A DNA stretch of 63,240 nucleotides from Burkholderiales bacterium (lineage in GTDB: Bacteria; Pseudomonadota; Gammaproteobacteria; Burkholderiales; Burkholderiaceae_C). Shown one piece after another: positions 8,004 to 17,594 of this stretch. Numbering within the stretch: the stretch's first letter is position 1; the number at the start of each line of letters is the position of its first letter. The translations under genes were made by a program, and so were the position numbers. The notes below the pieces were generated by a model. The model ran no database searches. It saw only the letters and a program-made list of their open reading frames with translations, and was not told where the DNA came from. The stretch is from assembly GCA_038230175.1 (NCBI GenBank), contig JBBRNS010000001.1, positions 1 through 63,240 of the forward strand. The letters are read 5' to 3'.

Positions 8004-9392
8004 ATGAGTCTCATCAATTCACGCAGGCAATTTTTTGCAGGTGCTGCTGCCTCGGTGGCCGGCCTGGCCGTTGCACGGTCTGCCATGGCCGCGTTGCCGG
8101 AGCCGGTGTACCAAACCTCTGTGGAGACGGCACCGCCATTGGTGCCAACCACTGGGCGCCCCTACAACCCGGTGGTAACCCTTAACGGTTGGACCCTGCC
8201 CTGGAAGATGAACAATGGTGTCAAAGAGTTCCACCTGGTGGCCGAGCCGGTGGTGCGCGAAGTCTCGCCCGGCTTCAAGGTCAATATGTGGGGCTACAAC
8301 GGCCAGAGTCCAGGGCCGACCATTGAAGTGGTTGAGGGTGACCGCGTGCGCATTTTCGTCACCAACAAGTTGCCCGAGCACACCACCGTGCATTGGCATG
8401 GCCAGCGTTTGCCCAATGGTATGGACGGTGTGGGCGGCTTGACCCAGCGCGCCATTCCCGTAGGCAAGACTTTTGTCTACGAATTCGAAGCGCGCCGCCC
8501 CGGCACTTTTATGTACCACCCCCATGCGGACGAAATGGTTCAGATGGCGATGGGCATGATGGGCATGTGGGTGACCCACCCCAAGGCCAAGCACCCACAC
8601 ATCAGCGATGTGGACCGCGATTTTTGCTTCCTGCTCAATGCGTTCGACATAGAGCCTGGCAGTAAGACACCCAAGATCAACACCATGCTGGACTTCAACA
8701 TTTGGTGCTTCAATAGCCGCGTCTTCCCCGCCATTGACACGCTCAACGTGCGCCTGAACGACCGCGTCCGCATTCGTGTGGGCAACCTGACCATGACCAA
8801 CCACCCGATCCACCTGCACGGGCACGAGTTTCTGGTGACGGGTACCGACGGCGGCCCCACACCACCCAGTAGCCGCTGGTACGAGGTAACCACCGATGTG
8901 GCAGTGGGCCAGATGCGCCAGATCGAACTGATCGCCGACGAAGAAGGCGACTGGGCCATGCACTGCCACAAGAGCCACCACACCATGAACGCCCTGGGCC
9001 ACGACGTACCCACCATGATCGGTGTGGACCACCGCGGCCTGGTCAAGAAGATTCAAAAAGTGACGCCCGACTACATGCTGATGGGCGAACGCGGCATGGC
9101 CGACATGGGTGAAATGCAGATGCCCATTCCCGACAACACCGCGCCCATGATGACCGGGACCGGTCAGTTTGGCTCTTTGGAGATGGGCGGCATGTTCACC
9201 GTGTTCAAGGTGCGCAAAGACCAAAAGCCAGGCGACTACAAAGACCCCGGCCCCTACAAGCACCCCGAGGGCACGATTGCCCAGGAATGGACCGGGGCAC
9301 CGCTACCCGCCGCCAGACCCCAAGCCAGTGCCGACACGAGCCCAGCAACTGCCAAAGCGGTCAAACCAACCGGCAAAGGTATGTCGCACTAA
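8004..9392 (+). CDS. Tat-exported two-domain multicopper oxidase
   Basis: SRRQFF; HWHG, YHPH, HPIHLHGH, HCHKSHH; Met-rich tail. Confidence 0.92.
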   Translation: MSLINSRRQFFAGAAASVAGLAVARSAMAALPEPVYQTSVETAPPLVPTTGRPYNPVVTLNGWTLPWKMNNGVKEFHLVAEPVVREVSPGFKVNMWGYNGQSPGPTIEVVEGDRVRIFVTNKLPEHTTVHWHGQRLPNGMDGVGGLTQRAIPVGKTFVYEFEARRPGTFMYHPHADEMVQMAMGMMGMWVTHPKAKHPHISDVDRDFCFLLNAFDIEPGSKTPKINTMLDFNIWCFNSRVFPAIDTLNVRLNDRVRIRVGNLTMTNHPIHLHGHEFLVTGTDGGPTPPSSRWYEVTTDVAVGQMRQIELIADEEGDWAMHCHKSHHTMNALGHDVPTMIGVDHRGLVKKIQKVTPDYMLMGERGMADMGEMQMPIPDNTAPMMTGTGQFGSLEMGGMFTVFKVRKDQKPGDYKDPGPYKHPEGTIAQEWTGAPLPAARPQASADTSPATAKAVKPTGKGMSH

Positions 9393-9440
9393 GCGCGTGT
9401 CAACCCGCACCGCTTCACCTTGTTCCCCGCAGGCAACATG

Positions 9441-9587
9441 TCCCATAAATTTTTAGCGAAGTATTTCCTTATGAAAAATACTATTACTGCCTTACTGGAC
9501 ACAGTCAAACCCGGAGACAACGTCAAATTCACCGCAGAAAAGCGCGCGGGCGCCATCGTCGTCATGGCAATCGAAGCGGCTAAATAG
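9441..9587 (+). pseudogene. Deleted duplicate of copI-cusF: chimeric 38-codon ORF at 9471-9587
   Basis: 9441-9485 matches the copI upstream/start (5996-6040); 9486-9587 matches the cusF 3' end (about 6745-6845); reads MKNTI-T-ALLDTVKPGDNVKFTAEKRAGAIVVMAIEAAK. Confidence 0.9.
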
Positions 9588-9638
9588 GCCGGTCTCAGCG
9601 CACAATGGTGCTGAATTCGGCAAGCACAGCACCACCCC

Positions 9639-10322
9639 ATGAAAATCCTGATCATTGAAGACGAACCCAAGACCGGCGACTACCTCAAGCAGGGTTTGTC
9701 GGAGTCGGGCTTTGTCACCGAGCTAGCCAACAATGGCGCAGACGGCTTGCACCTTGCACTGACAGGCGACTTTGACCTGCTGGTGCTCGACGTGATGCTA
9801 CCCGGCCTGAACGGCTGGCAAATTTTGGAGCAAGTGCGCCATGGTGGCAAACACATGCCAGTGCTGTTTTTGACCGCCCGCGATCAGGTAGAAGACCGGG
9901 TCAAGGGGCTGGAGCTGGGTGCAGACGACTACCTGGTCAAGCCGTTTGCGTTTTCAGAGCTGTTGGCCCGCGTTCGCACGCTCTTGCGACGGGGCAAAAG
10001 TGCGATGGAATCCACCGTGATGCGTGCTGCCGATTTGGAGCTGGACATGGTGCGCAGGCGCGTCACCCGGGGCGGCAGCCGCATTGAACTCACCGCCAAA
10101 GAATTCGCCCTGCTGGAGCTGCTGCTGCGCCGCCAAGGCGAGGTGCTGCCGCGCTCCATGATTGCCTCGCAGGTGTGGGACATGAATTTTGATTCCGACA
10201 CCAATGTCATCGAGGTGGCCATTCGCCGCCTGCGGGCCAAGGTGGATGACCCTTTTGAACCCAAACTGATCCGCACCGCACGCGGCATGGGTTATGTGCT
10301 GGAAGTGCCCGACCCGGCATGA
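9639..10322 (+). CDS. cusR: Heavy-metal response regulator CusR/CopR
   Basis: [38 protein letters not shown]. Confidence 0.93.
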   Translation: MKILIIEDEPKTGDYLKQGLSESGFVTELANNGADGLHLALTGDFDLLVLDVMLPGLNGWQILEQVRHGGKHMPVLFLTARDQVEDRVKGLELGADDYLVKPFAFSELLARVRTLLRRGKSAMESTVMRAADLELDMVRRRVTRGGSRIELTAKEFALLELLLRRQGEVLPRSMIASQVWDMNFDSDTNVIEVAIRRLRAKVDDPFEPKLIRTARGMGYVLEVPDPA

Positions 10323-11728
10323 AAGCCCAACTGTCGCTCACCGCACGGTTGACCCTGCTGTTTGCTGCTGGCTCTTGCACCGTGTTGCTGGCGCTGGGCT
10401 GGCTGATTGGCGGGTCGATCGAGCAGCATTTTGAAGAGCAAGACCGATATGTACTCGCTGGCAAGATGCTGCTCGCGCAACACACCATCGAACGGGTGGC
10501 ATCGCCCCAAGAATTTGCCCAGCTTCCCGCCCTGCTAGGTGATGCATTGGTTGGGCACCACGACCTGGTGGTGCAAGTCCTGGGCCCCAAGCGCGACGTT
10601 TTATTGGCATCGCCTGAGGTGGACTTCTCGGGTGCACTGCATTCTCCCGCCGATGCCAACACGGCGCCTGCACTCACAACTTGGACGCAGAATGGGCGCA
10701 CTTACCGGGGTATGACCCACGCCATCTCCACAGCCATTGCAACAATGCCGCCTTTGGTAGTGACCGTGGCGGTGGACATTGCGCACCATGCGCACTTCAT
10801 GCGCCTGTTTATGCGCACCCTGTGGCTTTTTGTGGCCGGTGCGGCCGTGGCTACCGGCTTGCTGGGCTGGTTTGCCGCCAGCCGTGGCCTGGCACCGCTG
10901 CGCGCCATGCGCGAGCGGGCAGCGGGCGTAACCGCCCACAAGCTCGACCAACGTTTGCCAGTGGATGCCGTACCGCCCGAACTGGCGGACTTGGCCAAAA
11001 CACTCAATGCCATGCTGGCGCGGCTGGAAGATGCGTTTAGGCGCCTGTCCGATTTTTCATCCGACATTGCGCACGAACTGCGCACCCCGGTCAGCAACCT
11101 AATGACACAAACCCAGGTGTCGCTGTCGCGCCCCCGGGACGCCGCAAGCTACCGGGAGATTTTGGAATCCAACGCAGAAGAGTGTGAGCGCCTGACCCGC
11201 ATGATCTCGGACATGCTGTTTCTGGCCAAAACCGAATCCACCCAAACCGGCGCCCTCATGGCCGCCAATAGCGAGCCGGTGGATTTGGCGCGCGCGGTGG
11301 GTGAGCTCTTTGACTTTTATGAAGCACTGGCGGAAGAGAAATCAGTGCGCTTGAAACTGTCAGGCCAATGCACCGTGGTGGGTGACCGCCTGATGCTGCG
11401 CCGCGCCATCAGCAACCTGCTGTCCAACGCTCTGCGCTACACCCCAAGCGGCGGCGCCGTGCTGGTGACGCTGGCACAGACACCAGAACACGCCGTGCTG
11501 AGCGTGGACAACCCCGGCGAGACGATTCCCGCGCAGCACCTGCCGCGCCTGTTCGAGCGCTTCTACCGCGCCGATGCCTCCCGCCAGCACGCCAGCGGCG
11601 AAGGCACCGGCCTGGGGCTGGCCATTACCCAAGCCATCGTGCAAGCGCACCAAGGTGCCATTACCGTCGAATCACGGGATGGTCACACGCGCTTTTCTAT
11701 GCGGTTTCCACGCGTTGATTCGGTGTAA
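10319..11728 (+). CDS. cusS: Heavy-metal sensor histidine kinase CusS/CopS
   Basis: Two TM, HFEEQD and HH periplasmic motifs, HAMP, AHELRTP, GTGLGL. Confidence 0.92.
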   Translation: MKAQLSLTARLTLLFAAGSCTVLLALGWLIGGSIEQHFEEQDRYVLAGKMLLAQHTIERVASPQEFAQLPALLGDALVGHHDLVVQVLGPKRDVLLASPEVDFSGALHSPADANTAPALTTWTQNGRTYRGMTHAISTAIATMPPLVVTVAVDIAHHAHFMRLFMRTLWLFVAGAAVATGLLGWFAASRGLAPLRAMRERAAGVTAHKLDQRLPVDAVPPELADLAKTLNAMLARLEDAFRRLSDFSSDIAHELRTPVSNLMTQTQVSLSRPRDAASYREILESNAEECERLTRMISDMLFLAKTESTQTGALMAANSEPVDLARAVGELFDFYEALAEEKSVRLKLSGQCTVVGDRLMLRRAISNLLSNALRYTPSGGAVLVTLAQTPEHAVLSVDNPGETIPAQHLPRLFERFYRADASRQHASGEGTGLGLAITQAIVQAHQGAITVESRDGHTRFSMRFPRVDSV

Positions 11729-11756
11729 GCGCCCAGCTTGCCTTTATGCGCTGTTT

Positions 11757-11815
11757 TACTATGCTTTTGATAGCTGGTTGCGCAATGGCTACGAGGGCTA
11801 GTGGCATTTTCGAAC
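11757..11815 (+). repeat. Dispersed repeat copy B
   Basis: TACTAT-GCTTTTG-ATAGC-TGGTTGCGC-AATGGCTA-CGAGGGCTAG-TGGCATTTT. Confidence 0.85.
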
Positions 11816-11830
11816 CGGCATCAATGGGCT

Positions 11831-12607
11831 TTACTTGAGATAGTTGCTTTCGATGGCAGACAGTGTGCCGTTGGCCCGCAGCGCCACCAATGCGGCATTC
11901 ATCTTTCCAATGAAATCCGCTTTGAAGGGGGCCACAAAGTCAGCGCTGTAGCCAATATAGGTTTTCTCGCCCGACAGCTCGACTGCCTCCTGCAATGGCA
12001 AGCCCGAGAAGGTTGAACCGGATGCCAACTTTTTTGCCGTATACAAGGCGGCGCCACGGTCGCTGGCATAGCAGTCAATACGCTTCATTGCCAGCTTTTT
12101 CAAATTAGACTCATTGCCATTCGCCTCCTCGAGCTTGACGACCCCGGCCTTGGCCGCATCGATCAGGCGGGCGGACAAAAGAAAACCTGCATTGACACCA
12201 ACGGTGAGACCTGCAAAATCGTCGGGAAACGTGGTGCGCCTTGACTTCATGACCTCAGGGGTGCAAAAGAGAACCACCGACTCACGGTACAGCACCGCAG
12301 AATAGGGTCGGATATAGGTACGCTCTTTCTTCAGACCGGGCGGAAAAATGCCAAGCACGTTGCCACGGCTGACCTCCAACAAGCCCCGCTTCCCGGGGCG
12401 TGGTTGTAGCTCAATCTGATAGTCGGGAGCCATCCTCTTTGCGGCCGCCGTTAGTAGGTCTACATACATGCCCTTGAACTGGCCGTTCTCCACAAACGAG
12501 TAGGGCGGGTAGTTCTCGTCACCATACAGAATCACTTTTTGCTCCGCATGCGCGGTGACCATCCAGCAAAAATTGGCTAACAGTAAAAGCACCGCACAGA
12601 ACCTCAA
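11831..12607 (-). CDS. Orphan periplasmic substrate-binding protein (family 3-like)
   Basis: DENYPPYSF..GMYVDL, NLKKLAMKRIDCY; likely TTG start at 12607 with GGGAG RBS and signal peptide. Confidence 0.8.
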   Translation of the reverse strand: MRFCAVLLLLANFCWMVTAHAEQKVILYGDENYPPYSFVENGQFKGMYVDLLTAAAKRMAPDYQIELQPRPGKRGLLEVSRGNVLGIFPPGLKKERTYIRPYSAVLYRESVVLFCTPEVMKSRRTTFPDDFAGLTVGVNAGFLLSARLIDAAKAGVVKLEEANGNESNLKKLAMKRIDCYASDRGAALYTAKKLASGSTFSGLPLQEAVELSGEKTYIGYSADFVAPFKADFIGKMNAALVALRANGTLSAIESNYLK

Positions 12608-12830
12608 TACTGTCTCCCATATTTGATTGGGCTGGACCCAACCCTGAAGCTTGCTGAAGGGCCACAGTTTTGACTCATAAAGCAATGGGTCTAAAAACTT
12701 GGCGCAAGCTCACAGCCAAACGGGTCGCTGTCAATAAACAATTGAAGCCAAAGGTGCTCGGTATGGCAGTGCAAAAAACCCGCCAGCGCGCAACAAGCAT
12801 GGGTTCGATTTGAATTTCCAGGGAGATTAG

Positions 12831-12896
12831 TGCTTCGTTTTTTGTAGCTGCTTGCGCAATACCCACGAGGGCTAGCGACCTATTTGGCTTGTAAAA
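12831..12896 (+). repeat. Dispersed repeat copy C (overlaps flavoprotein stop codon)
   Basis: TGCTTC-N7-GTAGC-TGCTTGCGC-AATACCCA-CGAGGGCTAG-CGACCTATTT. Confidence 0.85.
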
Positions 12897-14181
12897 ATGC
12901 CAGCACACCCTGCCCCGCCCGCTGCCCGCTGGCAAAGCAGGCCTGCAGCAGGTAGCCGCCGGTGGGTGCTTCCCAGTCCAGCATCTCGCCGGCGCAAAAA
13001 ACGCCGGGCAGTGCCTCGGCCATCAGGTCCGGGGTGAGCGCCTCAAACAACACACCGCCTGCGGTGCTGATGGCTTCGTCGATGGGGCGCGCTGCAGTCA
13101 AGGTGATGGGCACGCCCTTGATGGCGGCGGCCAGTTGCACCGGGTCGGCCATGGCCTCTTTGGACACCTTCTCATACAAAATGCCAGCCTTGATGCCATC
13201 GATGTGCAAGCGGCTTTTGAGGTGGCTGGATAACGAACGGGTGCCACGCGGGTGGCGCACCTCGGCCAGCACTTTTTCGGCGGTCATGTCTGGCAACAAG
13301 TCCAGGTGAAAGGTGGCGCTGCCGCTGCGCACAATTTCGTCGCGTAAGAGTGCGGACGCGGCGTACACCAAGCTGCCCTCAACGCCGGTTGCCGTGGCCA
13401 CAAATTCACCCTTGCGCTCAAAACGTACCCCCTGCGCATTGGTGAACGCCATGCCAACCAACTTGAACGGCTGCCCCGCGAAGCGGCTGGCGAAGTGTTC
13501 GCTCCAGCCACCCGCCACGTCAAAGCCACAGTTGGATGGCAACAGCGGCGCAACCGCCACGCCGCGCTGGGCCAGCAGAGGAACCCAAGCGCCGTTGGAG
13601 CCCAGCCGGGCCCAGCTACCGCCGCCCAGTGCCAACACCACTGCGCGGGCTTGCACCTGCACCGCGCCTTGGGGTGTTTCAAAACACAAAGTGGAAGTCC
13701 CTTGGCCCGAGCTTGACTCTGCCCAACCGGTCCAGCGGTGGCGCATAAAAAACTGCACGCCACTGCCCTGGGCGGGGTGGCGCAGGCGGTGCAACCAGGC
13801 GCGCAACAAAGGGGCGGCTTTCATGTCTTTGGGAAACACCCGGCCCGACGAGCCGACAAAGGTTTCTACCCCCAGGCCCAGCGCCCAAGCGCGCATGGCG
13901 CTGGCATCAAAGCCGTTCAAGAGGCTGGCGATGGCCTCACGGCGCTCGCCGTAGCGCCCGGCAAAGGTGTCGGCACCTTCAGAGTGGGTGAGGTTCAAGC
14001 CGCCTTTGCCAGCCAGCAAAAACTTGCGGCCAATGGAGGGCATGGCGTCAAACAGGTGCACCGGCAAACCGGCATCACACAGCATCTGCGCGGCCATTAG
14101 GCCCGCAGGGCCACCGCCAATGACAACAACAGGGACAACGGGAAGTGGGGAATGGTTTGTGGCTGGGGTGTTTAGGCTCAT
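12880..14181 (-). CDS. HI0933/TIGR03862 family flavoprotein
   Basis: GGGPAG, GRKFLLAGKGGLNLTH, GEMLDWEAPTGGYL. Confidence 0.9.
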   Translation of the reverse strand: MSLNTPATNHSPLPVVPVVVIGGGPAGLMAAQMLCDAGLPVHLFDAMPSIGRKFLLAGKGGLNLTHSEGADTFAGRYGERREAIASLLNGFDASAMRAWALGLGVETFVGSSGRVFPKDMKAAPLLRAWLHRLRHPAQGSGVQFFMRHRWTGWAESSSGQGTSTLCFETPQGAVQVQARAVVLALGGGSWARLGSNGAWVPLLAQRGVAVAPLLPSNCGFDVAGGWSEHFASRFAGQPFKLVGMAFTNAQGVRFERKGEFVATATGVEGSLVYAASALLRDEIVRSGSATFHLDLLPDMTAEKVLAEVRHPRGTRSLSSHLKSRLHIDGIKAGILYEKVSKEAMADPVQLAAAIKGVPITLTAARPIDEAISTAGGVLFEALTPDLMAEALPGVFCAGEMLDWEAPTGGYLLQACFASGQRAGQGVLAFLQAK

Positions 14182-17100
14182 GGGGCGGGTAGTTCAATCA
14201 AGGTGCCTGCGGCGGTCAAAAATGCGGCCCGCACGGTGTCGTCGGGGTACGCCTTGGCCACCGCGCTGCGGTAGGTGTGGAGCTGGGCACGCAATTCGGC
14301 CTGCAGCTGGGGCTGGGTGGCGGACTTGTAGTCCAGCACCCACCATTGTCCCTCAGCGCCGCCGGGCGCCTTGCGCTGCACCAAACGGTCCAGGCGCAGC
14401 ATGCGGCCCTGGTGCACCAGGGCCACTTCGTTACCCTGCCAACTGAGCTGCTGCGTGTCCCACGCCCAGGCGCCCTCGCCTTGCACAATGGTTTGGGCCA
14501 TGGCGCTGGCGTTGTCTAATTCGGCAGGCTCCAGGGCGAACTCTTGCGCCACCTGCTCACGCACCGCAGCAGACCACTGCGGTGGCGCTGCGGCTGCCAC
14601 ACCTGTGGTGCCACTGGGCGCTGCATACCGCTCTAGCAGGCGGTGCATGGCTTGGCCAATGCGCGACTCCAGGCTGTCAGGCTCGTCCTGTAGGGCCGCA
14701 ATTGCTACATTTTTTATAGCTGCTTGCGCACATTCCATGAGGGCTAGAGGCCTATTTGGCAATGAAAGCAGGTTGAACGGCGGGGAATCCTCCGCCGGAG
14801 CGCCCGCCACGGGGGCGGCACCCAAACCGGGTGCATCACCCGCATGGGCTTGCAAGCGGCTCCACCAGCTCTGCGGGTTGGCCACATGGGGCTCCAGGCT
14901 GGAAAGCACCAGCGTGGTTTGGGTGCGGGTCAGGGCCACATACAGGGCGTTGAGCTCTTCGCGCAAGCGGGCGGTCTGCTCGGTGGCCAGGGTCTGGGCC
15001 ACACAAGCAGGTGGTTTGGATTCGCTGGCTAAAAACACGAAGCGCTGCGGGTAGGCGGCCTCGCCCGGCCAATCCACCAGCACACCCATGGTTTGCGAGC
15101 GGGGCGATTCACCGTCGGTGTCGAGCACCAGCACCAGCGGGGCCTCCAGCCCCTTGGCGCCGTGGATGGTGAGCAGACGCACCGCCGTGGCATCGGCCCG
15201 AACAGGGGCCCGAATGCCACCGGCGCGCAGCGCCCGCACCAGGCCATAGGCGTTCACGTAGCGCCCGCCGTCCACCTGCAAGGCGGCCGACAGCAAAGCC
15301 CGCAGGTTGGCCAACACGCCTTCGCGCTGGTGGGCCGGGCTGGTAGCGGCGTAGCGGGCCAACACATCGGCATGGTGGTAGATGGCGCTCAGGGCGTCGT
15401 GCGGCGGCTGGGTGTCGACCCACGCTTTGTACATCTGCAAGGTGGCGGCGATGGGTACCAGGGCGGCGGGCAGACCGGGTGCTTGTTGCAAGACCTGCAT
15501 CCACGACAAGGTGGGGGCACGCGCGGTGGTGGGTTCGGCCTCTAAGGCAGCGGCCTCGCCTGCTGCCTCAGTGATCACCTCGGTTGCTGCGGCCTGCAGG
15601 GCCTTTTTAGCCAACACCAGTTGCACCAAGTCGGCGTCGCTGATGCCAAAAATAGGTGACTTGAGCGCCCGCGCCAACGACAGGTCGTGCGTGGGCGACA
15701 CCAACACATCGAGCAAAGCGACCAAGTCTTGTACCTCGGGCATGTCGGCCAGCTCGGTCTTCTCCGGTTGCTGGGCAGGTATGTGCAGGGCGGCCAGCTC
15801 GGCTTGCATGAGGCCCAAGCGTTCACGCTTGCGGGCGAGCACCATCACATCGTTGGGCTTGAGGCCCGTTGTTTGGAACTGCTGGTCCAGCCACAGCGCA
15901 GCTTGGCGGCACTCCAGAGTTTTGCGGGTTTCTTCGGTGACCACACGGGGCTGGGTGAGCGAGTCGCGCCACACGGCTTCGGGTTGGACGGCGCTGGTGG
16001 CAGTTGAAGTGGCATCCGAAGTGGCATTGCTACCCACATTACTGCGCAAAACACGCGGCAGCTTCCAAACGTGGCCCAACGCCGTTGATTCGGTGCTGTG
16101 GGCGCGGTAGCCGTCAAAGCCACCGGATTCCTGGGCATCGTTCATCACGGTGTTGACCAAGTCGATGATGGCGGGCGCATTGCGGCGGGTGTGGTCGCAG
16201 GCTAGCAGGTCACCACCCAAATCACGCCCCACAAAGCGCTGCGCCGCCTTAAACACCTGGGGCTCGGCACGGCGAAAGCGGTAAATACTCTGCTTGGGGT
16301 CACCCACCAAAAACACGCTGGGTGCCTGGCCCGCGCCGGTGTAGCTAGACAGCCAAGCGCTCAGCGCCTGCCACTGCAGGGGGTTGGTGTCTTGAAACTC
16401 GTCAATCATGAGGTGGCGCACCCGTGCGTCCAGGCGTTCTTGCACCCAACCGCTGAGCACCGGGTCCGACATCAGCGCCAGCGCGGCGCGCTCCAGGTCG
16501 CCCATGTCGATCCAGCCGCGCTCGCGCTTAAGCTGGGCGTATTCCACCACCAATATGCGGCTCAGGCGCGCCATGCGCTGCTGGTGCAACCATGCTTCGT
16601 GTTGGGCCTGGGCGGCTTGCATGTGTATCACGCCCTCTTGGGCTTGGCGCACAGTGTCGATACCGGCCAGCTTCTCGCTGAACTTGCGGGGTGTGCCCTT
16701 TTGGGTCAGCAAGGCATCGACCACGCCCACCGTATCGCGGCTGGTCAGGGCCTGCTCCAAATCCGTGCCACCTTTTTGGCAGGTGGCAAGTGACGATGCA
16801 CCCAGCAGGCGGGCAGCATCCTGCAGCATGCCTCGGGCGAATGCCATGTCCAACCATGCGGTCGGCGTCTCTAGGCCCACCATATCCGGGAATTGCTGGA
16901 CAAAGGTCTGCACCGAGGTGTCGACCACGCCCTGCGCATCGGCCAGTGCAAATTCAACCCGCTTGTCCAGGGCGGACTCCAGCGCCTTTTGGGCCTGAAA
17001 GCGGCCGTAGGTGGCGACAGCGGCCAAGTAGTCTGCGCGGGCACTGGCATCTAGCGCCACGCGGGTCTGAAAGCGGGGCCAGGCCTGGGCCACAGCCTGG

Positions 17101-17594
17101 GCGTCGTTCTCCAATAATTCGTAATGGGCGGGCAGCCCTAGGTCGGCCAAGGCTTGCAGGGGCGCACTGCGCAAAAGTGCGGCAAACCAGCTGTGGAAGG
17201 TGCGAATCTGCACTGGGCGCCCACTGGCCAAGAGCGTGGCATGCAGCTGGCGCAGGGTGTGCAATTGCGCGGTTGTGGGCTCTTGCATAAGCCCGCGCAG
17301 CAGCAGCTCTTGGCGCAGTGTGGCGTCGTCTTGCTGCGCAAAGTGCAGCAGCCACTCTTGCAGGCGCTGGCGCATCTCACCGGCGGCCTTTTTGGTGAAG
17401 GTGATGGCGAGTATCTCGTGCGGCGCGCTGCCGTCCAACAAGGCGCGCGCCATGCGCGAGACCAGCATCCAGGTCTTGCCCGCGCCGGCGCAGGCCTCGA
17501 CCGCCACGCTGCGGCCAGGGTCACAGGCGATGGCGTAAAAGCGGTCACGGGCCACCGTGGTGCCGTTGTGTTCAAAGGCGGCTTGAACGGTCAT
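14178..17594 (-). CDS. addA: AddA helicase/nuclease (UvrD-like plus C-terminal nuclease)
   Basis: ACAGAGKT, DEFQDT, VGDPKQSIYRFR, TIHGAKGLE, RLDRL..DYKS; ATGA overlap with addB. Confidence 0.92.
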   Translation of the reverse strand: MTVQAAFEHNGTTVARDRFYAIACDPGRSVAVEACAGAGKTWMLVSRMARALLDGSAPHEILAITFTKKAAGEMRQRLQEWLLHFAQQDDATLRQELLLRGLMQEPTTAQLHTLRQLHATLLASGRPVQIRTFHSWFAALLRSAPLQALADLGLPAHYELLENDAQAVAQAWPRFQTRVALDASARADYLAAVATYGRFQAQKALESALDKRVEFALADAQGVVDTSVQTFVQQFPDMVGLETPTAWLDMAFARGMLQDAARLLGASSLATCQKGGTDLEQALTSRDTVGVVDALLTQKGTPRKFSEKLAGIDTVRQAQEGVIHMQAAQAQHEAWLHQQRMARLSRILVVEYAQLKRERGWIDMGDLERAALALMSDPVLSGWVQERLDARVRHLMIDEFQDTNPLQWQALSAWLSSYTGAGQAPSVFLVGDPKQSIYRFRRAEPQVFKAAQRFVGRDLGGDLLACDHTRRNAPAIIDLVNTVMNDAQESGGFDGYRAHSTESTALGHVWKLPRVLRSNVGSNATSDATSTATSAVQPEAVWRDSLTQPRVVTEETRKTLECRQAALWLDQQFQTTGLKPNDVMVLARKRERLGLMQAELAALHIPAQQPEKTELADMPEVQDLVALLDVLVSPTHDLSLARALKSPIFGISDADLVQLVLAKKALQAAATEVITEAAGEAAALEAEPTTARAPTLSWMQVLQQAPGLPAALVPIAATLQMYKAWVDTQPPHDALSAIYHHADVLARYAATSPAHQREGVLANLRALLSAALQVDGGRYVNAYGLVRALRAGGIRAPVRADATAVRLLTIHGAKGLEAPLVLVLDTDGESPRSQTMGVLVDWPGEAAYPQRFVFLASESKPPACVAQTLATEQTARLREELNALYVALTRTQTTLVLSSLEPHVANPQSWWSRLQAHAGDAPGLGAAPVAGAPAEDSPPFNLLSLPNRPLALMECAQAAIKNVAIAALQDEPDSLESRIGQAMHRLLERYAAPSGTTGVAAAAPPQWSAAVREQVAQEFALEPAELDNASAMAQTIVQGEGAWAWDTQQLSWQGNEVALVHQGRMLRLDRLVQRKAPGGAEGQWWVLDYKSATQPQLQAELRAQLHTYRSAVAKAYPDDTVRAAFLTAAGTLIELPAP
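14703..14767 (+). repeat. Dispersed repeat copy D (in-frame within addA)
   Basis: TGCTAC-N7-ATAGC-TGCTTGCGC-ACATTCCA-TGAGGGCTAG-AGGCCTATTT; core identical to copy E. Confidence 0.9.

Noticed and set aside
15997-16032. 12-bp imperfect tandem repeat in addA (ATS units)
   Set aside because: Short in-frame low-complexity linker; no sign of phase variation
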